The notes beneath the pieces are model-generated. The model ran no database searches. It was not told the DNA's origin and saw only the letters and a list, made by a program, of their open reading frames with translations. A DNA stretch of 64,000 bases. It comes from Candidatus Eiseniibacteriota bacterium (GTDB lineage: Bacteria > Eisenbacteria > RBG-16-71-46). The DNA lies in NCBI GenBank assembly GCA_963707915.1, contig OY970178.1, positions 3,296,001 through 3,360,000 of the forward strand, given 5' to 3'. The number at the start of each line of letters is the position of its first letter. Within the stretch, counting starts at the first letter, position 1. Positions 59,879 through 64,000 of the stretch are shown piece by piece. The translations under genes were made by a program, and so were the position numbers.

Positions 59879-60360
59879 GGGAGCGTCTCTTGCGCTGGTT
59901 CATGGCCCACGCCAACGGTCGCGGCGTGGTGCTGGGCCGAAGCGAGGTCATGGAGGCGGAGCTGGACGCAGCGTCTGACGTGCTTCAACAGGAGCTCACA
60001 GCATTGGAGCGGGAGGGAGTCGTCGAGATCATCGCCCCGCTACCGTTCCTTGTCCTTCGACTCAAGAAATGGTCTGGCAGGGGCCAACAAAGCACCTTTG
60101 CCTATAGCTCTCTGCTATCAAACAATCAATTGATTGAAAGCAACAGCCATAGGCACGATCCACTCCTCCACGAGATCCTCGAGACACTCGGGGAGACGGA
60201 CGTGAAGGCGTTCGCCCCGGTGCTCGAGCACTACTCCCCGCAGATCATTCGCACCGCTCTGAGAAGGGTCCGCCGCGCCCGCGGCATCCGGAAGAGCCGC
60301 ACCGCGCTCTTTCGCCACCTGCTCCCGCGACTCGCGCAAGCCGAACCCGAGCGCAACTAG
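59875..60360 (+). CDS. wHTH protein with C-terminal IRKSRTALF motif
   Basis: ATGA overlap with the XRE gene; L..LEREGVVEI wing; paralogous to the next gene. Confidence 0.65.
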   Translation: MRERLLRWFMAHANGRGVVLGRSEVMEAELDAASDVLQQELTALEREGVVEIIAPLPFLVLRLKKWSGRGQQSTFAYSSLLSNNQLIESNSHRHDPLLHEILETLGETDVKAFAPVLEHYSPQIIRTALRRVRRARGIRKSRTALFRHLLPRLAQAEPERN

Positions 60361-60368
60361 CCCTCCCC

Positions 60369-60899
60369 ATGTCCTCGCTCCAACCCATCACCCTTACCCT
60401 CGATCGCCGCATCCTCGAGCATCCGCGGGCCTACCACCTGCGACGCATGCGCGCGGGACTCTGGCTCTACCTCGACCTCTTGGCCCGGCTCCCGGCCGAC
60501 GCTGAGACGTTCGAGGTGGAGCCCGCGGCGGTCGGGCGGGACATGGGGCTCCCGGAGGGCACGGTCCGCTCCTGGCTCGGGCACCTGCGAAAGGCCGGCT
60601 ACCTCGACGCCGTGCGCCTCAACGGCAAGGTCCGGGTGACGATCAAACGGGCCGCAGCGCCGGAGACCCCGGCAGAACCCCCGACGCCGACACGCTTCTT
60701 CACGGTCGCCAAGCTCCAGCGAGCGCTCGGCGAGCCGGGCAACGCCGAGGCCTTCGAGGCCGCGCTCAGCCTCTACCCGGACGACGGTCGTGAAGCGCGC
60801 CCTCGCCGGCACGCTGGCGGTGCCCGAGACCCAGATCCGTCGCTCACGCACCGCGCTCTTTCTTTACCTCCTACAACACGCCATGCCCAAGAAGACTGA
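60369..60899 (+). CDS. wHTH protein with C-terminal IRRSRTALF motif (frameshift ~60787)
   Basis: LWLYLDLL, VGRDMGLPEGTVRSWLGHLRKAGYL; C-terminal motif lies in the alternative frame. Confidence 0.7.
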   Translation: MSSLQPITLTLDRRILEHPRAYHLRRMRAGLWLYLDLLARLPADAETFEVEPAAVGRDMGLPEGTVRSWLGHLRKAGYLDAVRLNGKVRVTIKRAAAPETPAEPPTPTRFFTVAKLQRALGEPGNAEAFEAALSLYPDDGREARPRRHAGGARDPDPSLTHRALSLPPTTRHAQED

Positions 60900-61400
60900 C
60901 ACCATCCTCGCCCTCGATCCCGGTCTCCGCGACCTCGGCTACGCCGTGCTCCACGGCCGCCGCCTCGTGGCCAGCGGCGTGCTCGCGCTGCGGCGCGTCC
61001 CGAAGGCAGAACGTCTCGCGCACAGCGCGCAAGCACGTGCGCACGTGGCTGCGAACGCACCGTCCGCAGCGTCTGGTCGTCGAGAAGACCTACCGCCATC
61101 CGGTGCCGTGGCTCGATCGAGCTCCACCGGCTCACGCGCAGGCCCGGAACCTCGCCACCCGCCAGCACACCGCCTTCGCCATGTACTCGCCGCAGACGCG
61201 TCCGCGCGACCGTCGCCGGCAACGGCAAGGCCAAGAAGCCCGAGGTCGCCATCGCCGTCGCGCATCCGCTTCCCGCAGCTCCGGGTCTACCTCACGCAGG
61301 ACCGGCGCTGGAAGGAAGCGTACTGGCAGAACATGTTCGACGCGTCGCGCTGGCGCTCCATCACCAAGCAGCGACGCAACCGCCCTCCCGCAGCCGGTGA
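60883..61400 (+). CDS. RuvC-like RNase H-fold nuclease 1 (multiple frameshifts)
   Basis: ILALDPGLRDLGYAV, LVVEK, GNGKAKK.EVA, YWQNMFDA. Confidence 0.7.
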
Positions 61401-61515
61401 TCCGGCCGACCCTGGCGCCTCCGCCTTGCCGAGCGCCACTGTCTCGGAAGGGGTCCGCAAGGGACCTCCGACGAGCAGCCCTCGGGAGGGCATTTGATTC
61501 ACTACACACTCACCC

Positions 61516-62025
61516 ATGAACACACCAAGACCATCCTCGGCATCGACCCCGGCACGAAGGAGATGGGCATCGCCGTGCTTCGCGGCCGAAAGCTGCTCGC
61601 GTACGGCGTGCACACGCTCCGCAACGGCGAGCGGCCCTACGACGTGATCGGCCAGGCCCGGCGGGTCGTCTTGGAGTACCTCGAGCGCTATGCCCCGGAG
61701 GTGGTGGCGATCGAGGCGCCGCTGCATGTTGCCGACCAAGCGCGCGGCGATCCTCTCGGTCATCGCGCAGGAGCTGCGACAGAGGGCGAATGAACTCGGC
61801 CTCGAGGTCCTTGAGCTCACGCCGCAGGAGGTGCGGCAGCGGGTAGTCGGGAACCCGCGCGCGACCAAGATTGACGTCGCGGAGGCGCTGGTGGCACGGG
61901 GGTTCGAGGAGCTCAAGGATCTTGTGCCAAAGCGACCGACCCGGGCAGCCTTGGGACTCAGGCCGGGCCAGAAGTACTGGCTCCACATGTTCGATGCGCT
62001 GGGGCTCGCTTGGGCCATCACCTGA
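61516..62025 (+). CDS. RuvC-like RNase H-fold nuclease 2 (frameshifted)
   Basis: ILGIDPGTKEMGIAV, VAIE, GNPRATKIDVA, HMFDALGLA. Confidence 0.75.
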
Positions 62026-62281
62026 GTGCCCCCACGTGCAGCGCGCGAATGACCTATTGCGGCAGAGCACGATTGCGACTAGTGTACAGTCGTATACGGT
62101 TTGCTCTCAGCCCACTTTGTCGGGATCCGCTGCGCCCCCTATGCCTAAGGGCAACCCTAGTGATCTCACGAGCAACGAGGGCCGCCATGCCTGGTTGCGT
62201 CAGTCCCTTCATGGTTGCGCTCACGCCCTCTAGCCGGGCGGTGGACCGAGTTACGGCGAGCGGCCCGGAGGTTCCCCACCC

Positions 62282-63721
62282 ATGAGCACCGTGATGCTCG
62301 TCGACCTGCCTTACGCGCGCGGCGAGTACAACGAGCCGCTGGCGGTTGAGTTTTTGGCTGCGCAGTTAGTCGAGCGCACGGGGGCAACTACCGCAATCCT
62401 CGCCTTAGATCGGGGCTTCTCGGCCTCCGTCCTGACCGAGGCCATTCTGACTCTGAGGCCGGATCTTGTCGCGCTGTCCACGAAGCTCGATAGTATCACG
62501 CTGCTCCCCGAAGTTGGCGACGCGGTGCGGCGCAGCGGAATCAGATGCAGTGTGGTCATCGGTGGCATCGCTGCGACAATTGCACCAACCGAAACATTGG
62601 CGGCGCTAGGAATGCCTGAGGCAATCTGTGTTGTTGGAGAAGGCGAGGATGTCCTGTGTCAGGTCGTCCTCGGACTCGGTGCGGAAGGCCCAACGGATGG
62701 CGGGGAGAGTACCCCCTTGGGGCCCAACAGAGTCATCGGATCACCGCCCTCTTCCAGGTACCCACTCAGCATGCCCGCCGACCGGAGTTTGCTTGGCCGT
62801 ACCATCGCCTCGCGCGGCATCGCGCGTTGCGAAGCAAGCAGAGGTTGTCCGTGGGGCAAGTGCACTTTTTGCGTCATCGGGCGGAAGTACGGTGCGACCA
62901 CTTGGCGACCCCGTCCCCCAATCAGAGTAGTAGAAGAACTTGACCGAATTGCCGCGATGGGGGTGGAGATGGTGTACTTCACCGACGAGGACTTCATCGG
63001 CGGTGATGCCGAACGCGCGCTGTGGATTGCTGAACATGTACTAGAGCGCAAGGCCGAGGGACGCATCCCCGAGACCTTCCGACTTTGGTGTTCGACTAGC
63101 GTGCTGAACATCCTCGGTCGCTATGACGACCCTGCACGCGTTCGCGCGGCACTCGTCAGGCTCAAGACCGCCGGACTCGCGGGTGTGTTCCTCGGCGTCG
63201 AATCGGGTAGCCCCACCCAACTCAAGCGCTATGCAAAGGGTGCAACCGTCGCCCAGAACGAAATGGCCCTCTGCATACTTGAGGAGATGGGGTTGGAAGC
63301 GGACGTCGGCTTCATCATGTTCGACCCCTTTGTTACCATCGAGGAGCTTGCGGAGAACACGGCCTTTATTCGCCGAACCAGTCTCAAGGATGGGTTCTCT
63401 CGCTTGGGGAAGCCGGTTCGGCTCACGCCGTATACGAGCCTTACGTCCCGTGCGATACGGCATGGGCTTTGTCGAAGTCAACTCTCCATTGATACGCTAT
63501 CGTACCCGTACCACTTCGCTGACGCACGCACCGCGGCGGTCTTCGAAGAGTTCTCGACTTGGGAGCAACGCACGGCACCTCGGGCCTATGACCTCCAATC
63601 GGTTCTTCGCGCAAACGGCTACACCACCGAGGGCGCATATAAAGCCAGGAGCGACCTCGTGGCAATGCGTAGGGAGCAGCTCGACAAACTCGCTGAGCTT
63701 ATCGAGCTGGCCAAGCGCTAG
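62282..63721 (+). CDS. B12-binding domain radical SAM protein
   Basis: GGIAAT, VGEGE, ASRGCPWGKCTFC, FTDEDF, GVESGS...L, GFIMFDP. Confidence 0.88.
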   Translation: MSTVMLVDLPYARGEYNEPLAVEFLAAQLVERTGATTAILALDRGFSASVLTEAILTLRPDLVALSTKLDSITLLPEVGDAVRRSGIRCSVVIGGIAATIAPTETLAALGMPEAICVVGEGEDVLCQVVLGLGAEGPTDGGESTPLGPNRVIGSPPSSRYPLSMPADRSLLGRTIASRGIARCEASRGCPWGKCTFCVIGRKYGATTWRPRPPIRVVEELDRIAAMGVEMVYFTDEDFIGGDAERALWIAEHVLERKAEGRIPETFRLWCSTSVLNILGRYDDPARVRAALVRLKTAGLAGVFLGVESGSPTQLKRYAKGATVAQNEMALCILEEMGLEADVGFIMFDPFVTIEELAENTAFIRRTSLKDGFSRLGKPVRLTPYTSLTSRAIRHGLCRSQLSIDTLSYPYHFADARTAAVFEEFSTWEQRTAPRAYDLQSVLRANGYTTEGAYKARSDLVAMRREQLDKLAELIELAKR

Positions 63722-64000
63722 CGATGCCACCTCGGCCGCAACAAGCCAACCCCGTAGGCCTCGGGGGCAGCAACCTCGATCACCTTGTTCGACGCATGCG
63801 GTGTGCGGTACGGTATGCAGTTGCCGTTGAGGGAAATGACTGGGGCGCGGCGACTTCGCTGCAAGACGCCAGGTTCGTCCGAGCAATCGGACCCCCAGCC
63901 TAGACTGCGGAACGCAAGCAAGACTCACTCTAAGTACGTGATCTCTCCCTCTTTGTAGCCAGGGGCGAGCACGGTGAAGAAGCACAAATCCGAATCGCCT

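Larger units (their letters stand above)
41932..64000. mobile_element. Composite genomic/defence island; right end probably outside the window
   Basis: GC drops visibly from ~41.9 kb; att-like tRNA fragments, defence operons and a serine recombinase backbone. Confidence 0.75.

Noticed and set aside
60883..62025. RuvC-like genes as TnpB/Cas12-type RNA-guided nucleases
   Set aside because: Only ~170 aa each, with no Zn finger or REC/WED regions and no evident guide RNA; they fit the resolvase-size RNase H fold.
63869..63898. Possible fifth recombinase-tail copy (CCAGGTTCG...CCA)
   Set aside because: Spacing is 30 nt rather than 33, and it does not encode VRTW or LPxL.

Overview
High-GC bacterial genomic window. 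The FlgD/T9SS-like and TWGxLKxxYR C-terminal sorting motifs suggest an FCB-related lineage such as Candidatus Eisenbacteria (inference). The left ~41.5 kb is mostly host chromosome: an HNH gene, an IS481, nagZ-like GH3, a C-terminal protease, iscS-mnmA, an ABC exporter, several secreted proteins, a tRNA-Ser/Ser/Arg cluster with tadA, an Fnr-like regulator upstream of a diheme peroxidase and a Cyc2-like cytochrome-porin, a molybdoenzyme pair and an M14 peptidase. From ~41.9 kb to the end lies a lower-GC composite defence island. It holds PARIS-like AriA/AriB between two identical 5' halves of tRNA-Ser(CGA), an HTH-helicase/Zn-finger/PIN-like operon, two type I CBASS systems (one behind a LexA-like repressor) and a ubiquitin-like/E1/DUF6527 operon. 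It ends in the backbone of an unusual integrative element: large serine recombinase, XRE, two paralogous wHTH proteins, two RuvC-like genes and a B12 radical SAM gene. The top finding is that the 3' tail of the serine recombinase gene (W-x6-[VL]RTW, an exact 33-nt CCA...CCA block) recurs four times in the same orientation at the junctions between cargo modules. This looks like an integron-like cassette array whose recombination site lies inside the recombinase gene, so each cassette would supply an alternative C-terminus. Many genes carry clustered indels that most likely reflect long-read assembly errors.
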